Notes: generated by a model not told the origin, from the letters alone. A DNA stretch of 64,000 nucleotides from Candidatus Actinomarina sp. (GCA_045563135.1 JBJKUL010000001.1:741351-805350), one strand, 5' to 3'; numbered from the stretch's first letter, positions 1-9,496 are shown. Program-made: numbers and translations.

Positions 1-891
1 AAGCAAGCAATTCTTACAGCTTTTTTATCAATTTTAGATCAAGGAGATGAGGTCTTAATTCCAGCACCATATTGGACTACTTATCCAGAAGCAGTAAAAA
101 TTTCTGGTGGAGAACCAGTAATAGTTGATACATCTTTTGAAGATGACTTTAAAATAAACACTTCACAATTAGACAGTCTAAAAACAAATAAAACCAAGAT
201 TTTAGTTTGGGTATCCCCTTCAAATCCTACAGGTGTTGTTTACTCTAAAAAGGAAGCTGAGGATATTTACCAATGGGCTTTTGAAAACGATATTTGGATT
301 TTATCAGATGAACTATACGAACACCTTGTATACGAAGGCACAACTTCCCCATCACCCGCACAATATGATACAGATTTGAAAAATACTATCGTAATTAATG
401 GAGTAGCCAAAGCTTATTCAATGACTGGTTGGAGAGTTGGATGGATTATCGCAAATACAGATGTTATAAATATGGCAAAAAAAATACAATCACATGCAAC
501 TTCAAATGTGTCAAACTTGTCCCAAATAGCAGCATATTCTGCACTAAAGAATGGTCTTGGTGAGACTGAAATTATGAAAAAAAGCTTTAACAGAAGAAGG
601 ATGTTTGCAATTGAAGAATTTTCTAAAATAGAAAAAGTTAATCTTATTAAACCATTAGGAGCTTTTTACTTATTTCCAGATATAAGTTACTACTGCAATG
701 ACAAAGTCATTCCCGGAGTAAATAACTCTATAGATTTTTGTAATTGGTTACTGGATGAGCATTACATAGCTTTTGTACCTGGTGAAGTCTTTGGGAAAAA
801 TGGATACTTAAGGTGTTCATATGCATTGAGTGATGAAAACCTTAAAGAAGGCTTAGAAAGATTCGCTAAGGCTATTAAAAGTCTCAAATGA
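1..891 (+). CDS. Class I PLP-dependent aminotransferase (aspartate/aromatic aminotransferase family), 5' end truncated by the window
   Basis: Frame 1 is open from base 1 (KQAILTAFLSILDQGDEVLIPAPYWTTYPE...). The PLP-lysine motif SKAYSMTGWRVGW is present. The C-terminal half matches the AAT fold pattern. Confidence 0.8.
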   Translation, partial: KQAILTAFLSILDQGDEVLIPAPYWTTYPEAVKISGGEPVIVDTSFEDDFKINTSQLDSLKTNKTKILVWVSPSNPTGVVYSKKEAEDIYQWAFENDIWILSDELYEHLVYEGTTSPSPAQYDTDLKNTIVINGVAKAYSMTGWRVGWIIANTDVINMAKKIQSHATSNVSNLSQIAAYSALKNGLGETEIMKKSFNRRRMFAIEEFSKIEKVNLIKPLGAFYLFPDISYYCNDKVIPGVNNSIDFCNWLLDEHYIAFVPGEVFGKNGYLRCSYALSDENLKEGLERFAKAIKSLK

Positions 892-2102
892 ACAATATAC
901 AAAAAAGAAGTCTGTATTCATGGCTCTTTTTTGACTTGGCAAACACCGTATATGCTTTTGTTATTCCAGGATTATACTTCTCTGTTTGGTTGGTAAGCGA
1001 ACAAGGGTGGACTGACCAAGCTTTAGGTTTTGCTACTTCCAGTGCTATGGTAATTGTTGCAATTTTAGGACCATGGGTTGGAGCTAGATCAGATGGTTCT
1101 CAAGGAAAAAAACCTATGCTATTAATAACTACATTGATATGCATATTTGCAACATTTTTACTTGGAACGTTTAATGTAAACATTTCAGTCTTACTTTTCA
1201 TCATTTCGTTGATTGGTTTCAACCTAGGCTCAGTAGTTTACGATGCGCTGCTGGTATCGGTTAGCACTTCTGAAAATAGAGGAAAAATATCTGGTATGGG
1301 AGTAGCTTTTGGTTATGTTGGCTCATTACTAGGTTTTGGTGTAGCAACTTTATTGCAAAGTTTTGGATATAGCTATATTGAAATATTTAGATCAGTTGCA
1401 ATTATGTTTTTAATATTTTCACTTCCTGCATTTATATTTATTAAAGAAAAAAAGATAGGTGAAAAAAAATCAACAATTAAAGTTACTGAATCGATTTCTC
1501 TAGTTATACGGTCATGGAAACACTCAAAAAAGTATCCTGGATTAACAAGATTTCTTGTTGGAAGATTCTTTTATGCGGATGCAATCAACACCTTAATAAG
1601 TGGTTTACTTGCTGTATATTTAGTGGAAGAAGTTGGTTTAACTCCTGAAGATAGCCAAAACTTACTGGGGTTGGCAATCATTATTTCAATAATAGGTGGC
1701 TATGTTTTTGGCAAAGCGGCTGATAGATATGGGCCAAGAAAATTAACGTTAATTAGTTTATTATGTTGGATGGCTTCTCTTAGTATCGCAATTATTGCGA
1801 CTGAATTCAATCAATTATGGCTTATCTATGTTACAGGTGTCCTAGGAGGATTTAATATTGGTGGAATTTTTGCTGTGGATAGAGTTTTTATGACGAGACT
1901 AAGTCCTGAACAGCACCTTGGAGAATTTTATGGTTTGTACTCAACTGTTGGCAGGTTTGCAACAATATTGGGGCCTCTATTGTGGGGTCTTGTTGTGAAC
2001 ACTCTGGGGTATGGTCGAAATGCTGCAATGGGTGTTCTCATTGTTTTACTTGCAATTTCCTTTTATATAATAAAAGGTGTTTCTGATAAACAAACGTTCT
2101 AG
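888..2102 (+). CDS. MFS-type membrane transporter
   Basis: 404 aa with about 12 hydrophobic segments and an internal repeat typical of the major facilitator fold. ATGA overlap with the upstream aminotransferase. Confidence 0.65.
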   Translation: MNNIQKRSLYSWLFFDLANTVYAFVIPGLYFSVWLVSEQGWTDQALGFATSSAMVIVAILGPWVGARSDGSQGKKPMLLITTLICIFATFLLGTFNVNISVLLFIISLIGFNLGSVVYDALLVSVSTSENRGKISGMGVAFGYVGSLLGFGVATLLQSFGYSYIEIFRSVAIMFLIFSLPAFIFIKEKKIGEKKSTIKVTESISLVIRSWKHSKKYPGLTRFLVGRFFYADAINTLISGLLAVYLVEEVGLTPEDSQNLLGLAIIISIIGGYVFGKAADRYGPRKLTLISLLCWMASLSIAIIATEFNQLWLIYVTGVLGGFNIGGIFAVDRVFMTRLSPEQHLGEFYGLYSTVGRFATILGPLLWGLVVNTLGYGRNAAMGVLIVLLAISFYIIKGVSDKQTF

Positions 2103-2440
2103 AAAAAGAAGAACCTTTTCCTTTTTTTAGATTCCTCTAATTGTTCTCTAGTGTTTTTTAGTTTTTCCCGTAAAAACTCTGCTTCAGCTTCTGATTTAGC
2201 AGCTCTTTCACGTGCCTCAGCCATTAATTGATTAGCTTCATGAAGATTTCCTAATTGATTTAAAACTGTTTGCCAAGCCTCTAAAGGGACAATCAAATTG
2301 TTTTCGTTATTTTCACTTTTATCTTGTTCAAAATTTTCTGATGATTTATCTTCTTCTAGATTCTGCTGTTCTTCAACTGTTTTTTTATTATCTGAAAAAA
2401 AACCGTACTTCTCTGACATCCGATCTTCATATGAAGACAT
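2099..2440 (-). CDS. Hypothetical highly charged, coiled-coil-like small protein
   Basis: 113-aa ORF immediately downstream of the epimerase gene, with start-stop overlap. Glu/Lys-rich with no recognisable motif. Confidence 0.4.
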   Translation of the reverse strand: MSSYEDRMSEKYGFFSDNKKTVEEQQNLEEDKSSENFEQDKSENNENNLIVPLEAWQTVLNQLGNLHEANQLMAEARERAAKSEAEAEFLREKLKNTREQLEESKKRKRFFFF

Positions 2441-3375
2441 TATACAAATTCTTCCTTTAGAGTTTCAAGAGTCGGATAGTCAAATATAAAACCAGCTGCG
2501 AGTAGTTTCTCAGGTATAGCTCTGATGCTGTTTAGTCCCAGACTTTCTCCTAACTCCCACCCAACTGCAAGCTTCATTAAAGCTTCAGGAACTGGAGGAA
2601 AGAAATAAGCTTTATTCATTACCTTAGCGATGATTCTTGCAAAATCCTTTTGCATCAATGGTTCAGGAGATGTGATATTAACAGGACCTTCTAGTTCATC
2701 TTTTTCTAAGCAAAAATTATATGCTCTTGCGACATCGTTAACAGACACCCAACTAAAGTATTGAGTACCTTTACCAATAGGACTTGCGATATTTAATTTT
2801 GTTATCAGTGTGAAAATGTCAGTAGCAACATTTCCTTTTCCGAGCATAATTCCAGCACGAGCAGATACGACTCTTACTCCAAGTTTTTTTAATTCATATA
2901 GAGGTTCTTCCCAACATTCTTCTGCAACTAATTGTAAAAATTGTCCTTTATTAAATGGTGTGTCTTCGGTAACTACTCTGTCTCCTTGGTCACCGTAAAT
3001 ATCATTTCCAGAAGCAGTGATAAATATTTTTGGATGATTATCAGTGGATTTGTAAGTCGAAACAAATAAATCAGATGCCCATTTTCTTGACCAATAAATT
3101 CTTGATTTTCTTTCTTTACTCCATCGTCCTCCAGAAAAAGGCAGGAATCCAAGTAAGTCTTTTGGAGCAATACTCTCACCTGCTAGATGAATTATTGCAT
3201 CTAGTTCTTGAAATTTATCAATATCAATTTCTTGCTTAGAAGGGCTCCAATAAATTTCATTTTCATTTTTTACAGGTCTTCTTACAAATTTTAAAACCTC
3301 ATGATTATTTGATTCAAGCTCTCTAACAACTTTTTTTCCAACATAACCACTTGCGCCCGTAACACCAACCTTCAT
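2440..3375 (-). CDS. YfcH/TIGR01777-type NAD-dependent epimerase/dehydratase (atypical SDR with DUF1731-like C-terminus)
   Basis: N-terminal GxxGxxG Rossmann motif (VTGASGYVGKKV). About 310 aa with the C-terminal extension typical of the YfcH family. Confidence 0.7.
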   Translation of the reverse strand: MKVGVTGASGYVGKKVVRELESNNHEVLKFVRRPVKNENEIYWSPSKQEIDIDKFQELDAIIHLAGESIAPKDLLGFLPFSGGRWSKERKSRIYWSRKWASDLFVSTYKSTDNHPKIFITASGNDIYGDQGDRVVTEDTPFNKGQFLQLVAEECWEEPLYELKKLGVRVVSARAGIMLGKGNVATDIFTLITKLNIASPIGKGTQYFSWVSVNDVARAYNFCLEKDELEGPVNITSPEPLMQKDFARIIAKVMNKAYFFPPVPEALMKLAVGWELGESLGLNSIRAIPEKLLAAGFIFDYPTLETLKEEFV

Positions 3376-3671
3376 TCTTCTTCTCCGTAATATAAGAAGA
3401 AATCTTCTATTTGTTTTGAGAATTCATCAATACCTGTTCCTAAATTTTTATCAAAATTAACCGTAACCATGTTTGATTGAATAAAAATACTCTCAATGTC
3501 TTGAGAGTATTTAAACAATTTCAATGCTAACTGTGCACTTACTTCGTCATGAAGTGAAGCATCAGCAATGTTATGGTAAGTTATGCCATCCTGACCAGAT
3601 AATGATCGGTTCAAATCAAAGATTATATTTTTGTTGAATGAGGTAGTTTTCAACTCAATTTTTTGTCCCAT
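3372..3671 (-). CDS. Hypothetical 99-aa protein, weak resemblance to an Nfu_N-type small domain
   Basis: ORF translationally coupled on both sides, between pyk and the epimerase, with 4-nt overlaps. No catalytic motif recognised. Confidence 0.4.
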   Translation of the reverse strand: MGQKIELKTTSFNKNIIFDLNRSLSGQDGITYHNIADASLHDEVSAQLALKLFKYSQDIESIFIQSNMVTVNFDKNLGTGIDEFSKQIEDFFLYYGEEE

Positions 3672-5065
3672 TATTCTCCTATTTTCATAACTCGTAATAA
3701 ATTTGTTGCTGCCTCTTGGTTGGGAGGTGTTCCTGCAACAATAACAACTTTATCATTCTTTTTAAAGTTTTTATTGGTTTGTAGCCAAGAATCTGCAATT
3801 TCAAACATTTCCTCAGTTGTATCAAATCTTTCAATTTTAGTCTGCTCTACACCCCATAAAATATTCATTTGCCTTAAGGTAAGGTCTTTTGCACTGAATG
3901 TAATGATTGGTGCACTTGGTCTGTAATTTGAAATTAAGAGAGGTGTTGTTCCCGTCTCAGTGTAAGCTACGATTGCTTTAGCATCAATATCATTTGCTAC
4001 CTGAACAGCCGCTTTCGCTAATGAGGTAGCAAAAGTATCAACAGATGAAAGAGTTTTAAATCTCATTGATGAGTAATGATTATTTGAGTCAGCTTCTTCA
4101 CAGATAGAGGACATCACTTTTACAACTATATTTGGATGTTCTCCAATTGAAGTTTCTGCAGATAACATTACTGCATCTGTTCCATCAAGTATCGCATTTG
4201 TGATATCTGTTACCTCTGCTCTTGTTGGTCTAAATGAACTTTTCATAGACTGTAACATTTCTGTAGCAGTGATAGATATTTTACCTTTGTAATTTGCAGT
4301 ATCTAGAATCTTTTTTTGAGCAAAGGGCACTTGTTCAAGAGGAAGCTGTACACCTAAATCTCCCCTAGCTACCATGACGCCATCAGCTTCATCTATTATA
4401 GAATCTAGATTTTTCATAGCTTCTTTAAGTTCTATCTTGGCTATGATTTTTATTCCTTTTTTAACAATATCTCTAACTTCTTTAACATCTGCTGCTTTTC
4501 TTACAAAAGATACAGCGACAATATCGACACCTATTTCTTCTCCAAAATTTAAATCTTCTTTATCTTTAGTAGTTATTGCAGATACAGATAGTTTGGAGTC
4601 TGGAAATGCAACTCCTTGATTGTCTCTAAGCTCTCCTCCAATTTCCACTGAAGCCTTCATGGTTGAACCTTCAAGGCTTTCAATTCTCAACACAATCTGA
4701 CCATCATCGATAAATACCCTTTCACCGATTTTTATATCATTGAATAAGTTTTCATAATTTATAAATAAAGATGAACTATTTGAGATTGATTTTGAATTAG
4801 TAATATCGACCTTTTCCGTGGGATGAAATACAGTTCCTTCATCTGCTATGCCAGTTCTAATCTTTGGGCCTTGGATGTCTTGCATAATTGCAATAGGTTT
4901 ATGGTATTCCCTTGCCCAAGATATAACATTTTTGTGATCATCGTAGCTTCCATGAGAAAAATTTAATCTCAGAACATCTACACCAGCTTCTATTAATTCA
5001 TGTATTTTTTCTTTTGTTTGAACACTTGGGCCAACTGTTGCAATTATTTTTGTTTTTCTATTCAT
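3671..5065 (-). CDS. pyk: Pyruvate kinase
   Basis: MNRKTKIIATVGPS N-terminus and the canonical PK barrel motifs (MVARGDLG). The ORF track begins at a TTG at 5098, but the internal ATG at 5065 with a GGAAAA spacer fits better. Confidence 0.9.
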   Translation of the reverse strand: MNRKTKIIATVGPSVQTKEKIHELIEAGVDVLRLNFSHGSYDDHKNVISWAREYHKPIAIMQDIQGPKIRTGIADEGTVFHPTEKVDITNSKSISNSSSLFINYENLFNDIKIGERVFIDDGQIVLRIESLEGSTMKASVEIGGELRDNQGVAFPDSKLSVSAITTKDKEDLNFGEEIGVDIVAVSFVRKAADVKEVRDIVKKGIKIIAKIELKEAMKNLDSIIDEADGVMVARGDLGVQLPLEQVPFAQKKILDTANYKGKISITATEMLQSMKSSFRPTRAEVTDITNAILDGTDAVMLSAETSIGEHPNIVVKVMSSICEEADSNNHYSSMRFKTLSSVDTFATSLAKAAVQVANDIDAKAIVAYTETGTTPLLISNYRPSAPIITFSAKDLTLRQMNILWGVEQTKIERFDTTEEMFEIADSWLQTNKNFKKNDKVVIVAGTPPNQEAATNLLRVMKIGE

Positions 5066-5108
5066 TTCATTTTCCAACCTAATAGCATGGTATAACAAAA
5101 ATAAGAAT

Positions 5109-5717
5109 ATGAATAAAACTTTTTTAATTGGAATTCCTATAAGAGATTTTGTTAATCCTATGTCTAGGTTATCAGACCTATTGACTCCTAGTGAAAGAAT
5201 AGACCTTGCAAAAAATCTTATATTAAATCTTGTAAATGCATTCTCAGATGAGGAAACAAGTATCTATATTATTAGTAATAGCCCTGAAGTAGAACTCTTC
5301 TGTAAGTTAAATAACTTAAATAATTTTCAATCCCAAAAACAAGGGCTAAATGAAGAAGTTAAAGAATTCATAAATGCAGTAGATAATTACAACTATTGGA
5401 CAATTGTTCATGGTGATTTACCTTATATAACAAAACACTTTGCGGGTGTCTGGAAAAAGTTATGTGAATCAAAAGAAATTGTAATTACAGAAAGTAAAGA
5501 TCGGGGTACACCTATTTTTGGTGGGAATTTAAAATTTAATAATTTTACATATGGAAAAAATAGTTTTTTAAAACATATGGAAATTCTCCATGATTTGTCA
5601 ATTAAGTGCGAGAAGGTCTTCCATAAAGAATTTTATTTTGAGTTAGATGATGAAGATGACTATGAAGAATTTCTACAAAATCTACCAAGATGGTACAAAA
5701 AGCTTAACAACTCTTAG
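5109..5717 (+). CDS. CofC/FbiD-like (MobA-fold) nucleotidyltransferase, possible 2-phospho-L-lactate/PEP guanylyltransferase
   Basis: N-terminal IPIRDFVNPMSRLSDLLTPSER resembles the CofC P-[IV]-K...AKSRL...L-xP-xER signature. It is about 200 aa. It sits next to gltX and its tRNAs; fbiD lies near gltS in mycobacteria. Confidence 0.4.
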   Translation: MNKTFLIGIPIRDFVNPMSRLSDLLTPSERIDLAKNLILNLVNAFSDEETSIYIISNSPEVELFCKLNNLNNFQSQKQGLNEEVKEFINAVDNYNYWTIVHGDLPYITKHFAGVWKKLCESKEIVITESKDRGTPIFGGNLKFNNFTYGKNSFLKHMEILHDLSIKCEKVFHKEFYFELDDEDDYEEFLQNLPRWYKKLNNS

Positions 5718-5790
5718 CAGCCCCGACCGGATTTGAACCGGCGTTTCCGCCTTGAGAGGGCGGCGTCCTAGGCCTCTGGACGACGGGGCC
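5718..5790 (-). tRNA. tRNA-Glu (anticodon CTC)
   Basis: The reverse complement folds as a cloverleaf (GGCCCCG acceptor, anticodon loop CTCTCAA, T-arm GCCGG-TTCAAAT-CCGGT). CCA is not encoded. Confidence 0.8.
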
Positions 5791-5794
5791 TCTG

Positions 5795-5866
5795 CTCGGG
5801 GAGAAGGACTTGAACCCTCAACGATGGGACCAGAACCCATTGTGTTGCCAATTACACCATCCCCGA
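5795..5866 (-). tRNA. tRNA-Gln (anticodon CTG)
   Basis: Reverse complement TCGGGGATGG...ATGGG-TTCTGGT-CCCAT...GAGGG-TTCAAGT-CCTTC-TCCCCGA-G. U1:A72 is typical of bacterial tRNA-Gln. Confidence 0.8.
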
Positions 5867-5873
5867 AAGATAG

Positions 5874-5946
5874 CAGCCCCGACCGGATTCGAACCGGCGT
5901 TTCTGGGTTGAAAACCCAGCGTCCTAGGCCTCTGGACGACGGGGCC
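5874..5946 (-). tRNA. tRNA-Glu (anticodon TTC)
   Basis: Near-duplicate of the first tRNA-Glu with anticodon loop TTTTCAA and T-loop TTCGAAT. Confidence 0.8.
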
Positions 5947-5985
5947 GTATAAGTATTAAGAATATATCAATTTAATTATTAATTG

Positions 5986-7296
5986 TTATAATTTTTCAAT
6001 TGATTCTGCAAGCCTAGCTAAAACTGCATCTTTACCTAAAGCATATATTGACTCAAATAGTGGTGGACTCACTTTTGTACCAGTCACTGATACTCTTGTA
6101 ATTTGAAATCCTATTTTTGGTTTCGTATCTTTATTTTTTAATTCTTCTCTCATTATGTTTTCAATGTTTGATAATGAAAAATCTTCCAGGCTTTTAAAAA
6201 TTTCTCTAATAGACATTAAATAACTTTGTCCTTCTGATGAATTGACACTATCCCATTCTTCCTGATTAACTTCAAAAGGCTCATCTAATAAAAATTTTAT
6301 CTGTGGGGTTAGGTCATTCAGTGTTTCTATTCTCTCTTGAACTGATGGAAGAATTTTTTTTATTCGGCTAATTTCTTTTTCAAAAAGTTCCCTATCTAAG
6401 TCTTGTGATATTTTTTCTAGAGCAGAAAGAGTAAAATCATCATCGCTGGTATTTCTTATATACTGCCCGTTCATCCACAAGAGTTTAGTTGTATCAAAAA
6501 TAGCTGGATTTGGTAAAACATTAGCTAAATCAAATTTTTGGATTACTAAATCCTTATCAAATATTTCAAGATCATTACCAGGTGCCCAACCTAGCAAACA
6601 CATATAGTTGAATAAAGCCTCAGGTAGTAAACCCATGTCTCTAAAAGAACTAACTGACGTATCCCCATGCCTTTTACTAAGTTTTTTACCATCAGGACCA
6701 AATAATAAGGGTAAATGGCAAAAGGTAGGAACGTCTGCATTTAGAGCTTGCATTAAAAGTATATGCTTAGGTGTAGAGGAGAGTATATCTTCTCCTCTTG
6801 CGATGGTTGTAATTTCATAATCTATATCATCTACTGTTGAAGCTAAATGGTATGTTGGCGATTTATCAGATCTTAAAATAATGAAATCTTCCACATCTGA
6901 AAGTTCAAATTTCATTGAACCACGGGTAATATCATCAAAAACTATAGAGTTTTCATTAGGAACTTTAAATCTAATAGCTCCTTCATCCTCGTAAGCTAGT
7001 CCACGAGAAAGTAAGGACTCAGCAATTTCCCTGTACCTATCAAAACGTAAAGATTGTTTATATTCACCATGTGGACCGCCTACCTGTATTCCCTCATCCC
7101 AATCTATACCTAACCATTTAAAGTTTTTAACAATGTCATTGATATATTCTTCGCTAGATCGGGCAGTATCAGTGTCATCAATTCTGACTAAAAAAGTTCC
7201 ATTGTTAGCTCGCGCATACAACCAATTAAAAAGAGCCGTTCTAGCATTTCCTATATGTAGGTGACCAGTTGGTGATGGAGCTATTCTTAATTTCAT
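5986..7296 (-). CDS. gltX: Glutamyl-tRNA synthetase (probably non-discriminating)
   Basis: HIGH-type motif PSPTGHLHIGNART and a KLSKR (KMSKS) motif. 436 aa. tRNA-Gln and tRNA-Glu lie immediately downstream. Confidence 0.9.
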   Translation of the reverse strand: MKLRIAPSPTGHLHIGNARTALFNWLYARANNGTFLVRIDDTDTARSSEEYINDIVKNFKWLGIDWDEGIQVGGPHGEYKQSLRFDRYREIAESLLSRGLAYEDEGAIRFKVPNENSIVFDDITRGSMKFELSDVEDFIILRSDKSPTYHLASTVDDIDYEITTIARGEDILSSTPKHILLMQALNADVPTFCHLPLLFGPDGKKLSKRHGDTSVSSFRDMGLLPEALFNYMCLLGWAPGNDLEIFDKDLVIQKFDLANVLPNPAIFDTTKLLWMNGQYIRNTSDDDFTLSALEKISQDLDRELFEKEISRIKKILPSVQERIETLNDLTPQIKFLLDEPFEVNQEEWDSVNSSEGQSYLMSIREIFKSLEDFSLSNIENIMREELKNKDTKPKIGFQITRVSVTGTKVSPPLFESIYALGKDAVLARLAESIEKL

Positions 7297-7299
7297 TTA

Positions 7300-8070
7300 C
7301 TACTCAACTGTATTAATTTGAGTACCAAGCGTTTCAATTTCAATTTTTATTTCATCTCCTGGTTGTACTTTACTAACACCCTCTGGAGTTCCTGTTAATA
7401 TCACATCTCCAGGTAACAAAGTCATAATAGAAGATATGAACTCAAGAATTTCTCCAATTTTAAACATCATATCTTTAGTATTACCATCTTGTTTCAACTC
7501 ATTGTTAACGTATGATTTTATTGAGAGCTCAGGGTTTTCATCAAATTCAGTCTGAATAAATGGTCCTAATGGACAGAAGGTATCAAATCCCTTGGCTCTT
7601 GTGAAGTGCCCAGTTTTGCCCTGTAATACTCTTTCAGATAAATCATTTGCAATAGTAAATCCTAAAACGTGATCTTTCCAATTATTCCTGTCAATGTTTT
7701 TTGATACCTTAGATATAACTAAGGCTAATTCAGATTCGTGATCAACATGTTCACCAATGCTTGGATATTTTATTTTTTGACCCGAACCAATAACAGATGT
7801 TGAAGGTTTTATGAAAATAATGGGATGCTCTGGAAGATTGTCGCTATATTCTGGTAATCCCATTTCTGCTGCATGTTTGGCATAGTTTTTTGCAATTGCA
7901 ACTACTTTCGAAGGGAGTACTGGCGCAAGTAATTCAATTTCTTGAATGTCATAAACTTCTTCAGTGTTTTCCCATATAACAAATGGGGATCCATCGTAGC
8001 GAGTCACCTTTCCATCGTGTAACTCACCATAAAAAATATCATTTTCGTATTTCGCTCTAACTATTTGCAT
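7300..8070 (-). CDS. Fumarylacetoacetate hydrolase (FAH) family protein
   Basis: 256 aa with FAH-fold C-terminal motifs. The position next to gltX mirrors the mycobacterial gltS/Rv2993c arrangement. Confidence 0.75.
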   Translation of the reverse strand: MQIVRAKYENDIFYGELHDGKVTRYDGSPFVIWENTEEVYDIQEIELLAPVLPSKVVAIAKNYAKHAAEMGLPEYSDNLPEHPIIFIKPSTSVIGSGQKIKYPSIGEHVDHESELALVISKVSKNIDRNNWKDHVLGFTIANDLSERVLQGKTGHFTRAKGFDTFCPLGPFIQTEFDENPELSIKSYVNNELKQDGNTKDMMFKIGEILEFISSIMTLLPGDVILTGTPEGVSKVQPGDEIKIEIETLGTQINTVE

Positions 8071-8103
8071 ATTTAATACCTTATTGATTCTATGTTATAT
8101 GAG

Positions 8104-8520
8104 CTATGTTAAAAAATTAAATACTTTTGTAAGATAAGCCCCTTGCATTTTCTCTTTAGAAGACTTATCGAGTATTTCATTAGTCAACTCACCTGTAGAG
8201 TTTTCAGATATTCTCAAGAGTCCAAGAACAAGATGAAAATCAGCTGAAGTTGGAGCTCTGCCAAAATGTGATGATCTGTACAGTATTAAATTAACAATAA
8301 CATTCGTGATCAATTTTTTTCTTGGGTGAGATGCCCACAAATCAGAGTATTTATTAACTATCTTGATGGCAAATCCGCTATCTGGTCCAACGTTACCATA
8401 AGCAGTAAATGTAGGATCTAATTTTTCTGCAGGTCGTGAAGGCATTCTCCTAGGCACTGGAAGTGCTGTCTCTTTTGAACTTACACCATAATCTATGTTT
8501 ATATTTGGCTCTTGTGACAT
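8104..8520 (-). CDS. Hypothetical protein
   Basis: 138-aa ORF, start-stop adjacent to ilvE. No motif recognised. Confidence 0.4.
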   Translation of the reverse strand: MSQEPNINIDYGVSSKETALPVPRRMPSRPAEKLDPTFTAYGNVGPDSGFAIKIVNKYSDLWASHPRKKLITNVIVNLILYRSSHFGRAPTSADFHLVLGLLRISENSTGELTNEILDKSSKEKMQGAYLTKVFNFLT

Positions 8521-9446
8521 TAAATCAATGTTAAATAATGTTTGAAGTTATCTTCTTTTCCATTAACAATTTCTAGATATTTATTCCGTATATTTGATGT
8601 AATTTTTCCAACCATTCCATCACCAATAGCAATTTTATCAATTGAAACTACACCTACTATTTCAGTTGCGGTACCTGTAAAAAAGATTTCATCAGCTGAA
8701 ATTAAGTCTTCTCTTGTCAGATTTTTCTCCTCCAAATCAATGTCAAGATACTTAGCGATTTCCATAACTGTTTTTCTTGTTATCCCCCCCAATGCACCTG
8801 TTTCAATAGGTGGTGTGAAAAGTTGTTCATCCTTAACCATAAATATATTCTGACCACTACCTTCTGCAACTGTGCCGGTATCGCCTAACATTATTGCGTC
8901 ATCAAACCCCTGCTTTACTGCATCAATTTTTGCTAGTGTAGAGTTCATATAACCACCAACACCTTTTGCATATGGCTTAAAACTTTTAGGGCTGATTCTT
9001 TGCCAATCTGATATACAAACATTAACACCTTTACTACCAGCCTCATCGCCCAGATAAGCACCCCATTCCCACGCTGCTATGGCTACTCTTACGGCAATAT
9101 CTTGAGGAAGTAAACCCATTTCTCCATCACCGAAAAAAACAAGTGGTCTTATATATGCAGATTTTAGTTTATTTACTTTTACAATTTCTTTAATTGCATT
9201 AGTAATAACATTCTTATTAAATGGAATTTCTAAGTTGTATGCCTCTGCGGATCTATAAAGTCGGTCGACGTGATCATTTAGAAATTGTATTGAAGTACCT
9301 TGTGCGGTCTCTCTTGCTCGCATCCCTTCAAAAACTCCTGTTCCGTAATGCAAGGTGTGCGTCATTACACTAACTGTTGCCTTATCCCACTCAACAAGTT
9401 CGCCATCAAGCCATATAAATTCTGATTTTTTCATTATTAAATACAA
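8520..9446 (-). CDS. ilvE: Branched-chain amino acid aminotransferase (class IV)
   Basis: Class IV aminotransferase hallmarks (EGMRA..., GTATEI..). Confidence 0.85.
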   Translation of the reverse strand: MYLIMKKSEFIWLDGELVEWDKATVSVMTHTLHYGTGVFEGMRARETAQGTSIQFLNDHVDRLYRSAEAYNLEIPFNKNVITNAIKEIVKVNKLKSAYIRPLVFFGDGEMGLLPQDIAVRVAIAAWEWGAYLGDEAGSKGVNVCISDWQRISPKSFKPYAKGVGGYMNSTLAKIDAVKQGFDDAIMLGDTGTVAEGSGQNIFMVKDEQLFTPPIETGALGGITRKTVMEIAKYLDIDLEEKNLTREDLISADEIFFTGTATEIVGVVSIDKIAIGDGMVGKITSNIRNKYLEIVNGKEDNFKHYLTLI

Positions 9447-9496
9447 ATACTACACCTTTTATTCAATGAATCCATAAAAAATACTATTATTCAAAT

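Noticed and set aside
2298-2489. 63-aa plus-strand ORF overlapping the 113-aa minus-strand gene
   Set aside because: It is antisense to an ORF that is translationally coupled to the epimerase. It spans the epimerase stop. The minus-strand reading is more coherent.
3671-5098. Longer pyk start at the TTG (MLYHAIRLENE extension)
   Set aside because: The extension adds 11 non-conserved residues before the canonical PK N-terminus MNRKTKIIATVGP. The ATG at 5065 has a purine-rich spacer. I preferred the shorter start.
5752-5952. 66-aa plus-strand ORF (MRGRRPRPLDDGASARGEGL...)
   Set aside because: It lies entirely over the three minus-strand tRNA genes. Its high GC and Arg/Pro/Gly-rich translation are the expected artefact of reading tRNA sequence. 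It is internally repetitive because the two tRNA-Glu copies are near-identical.
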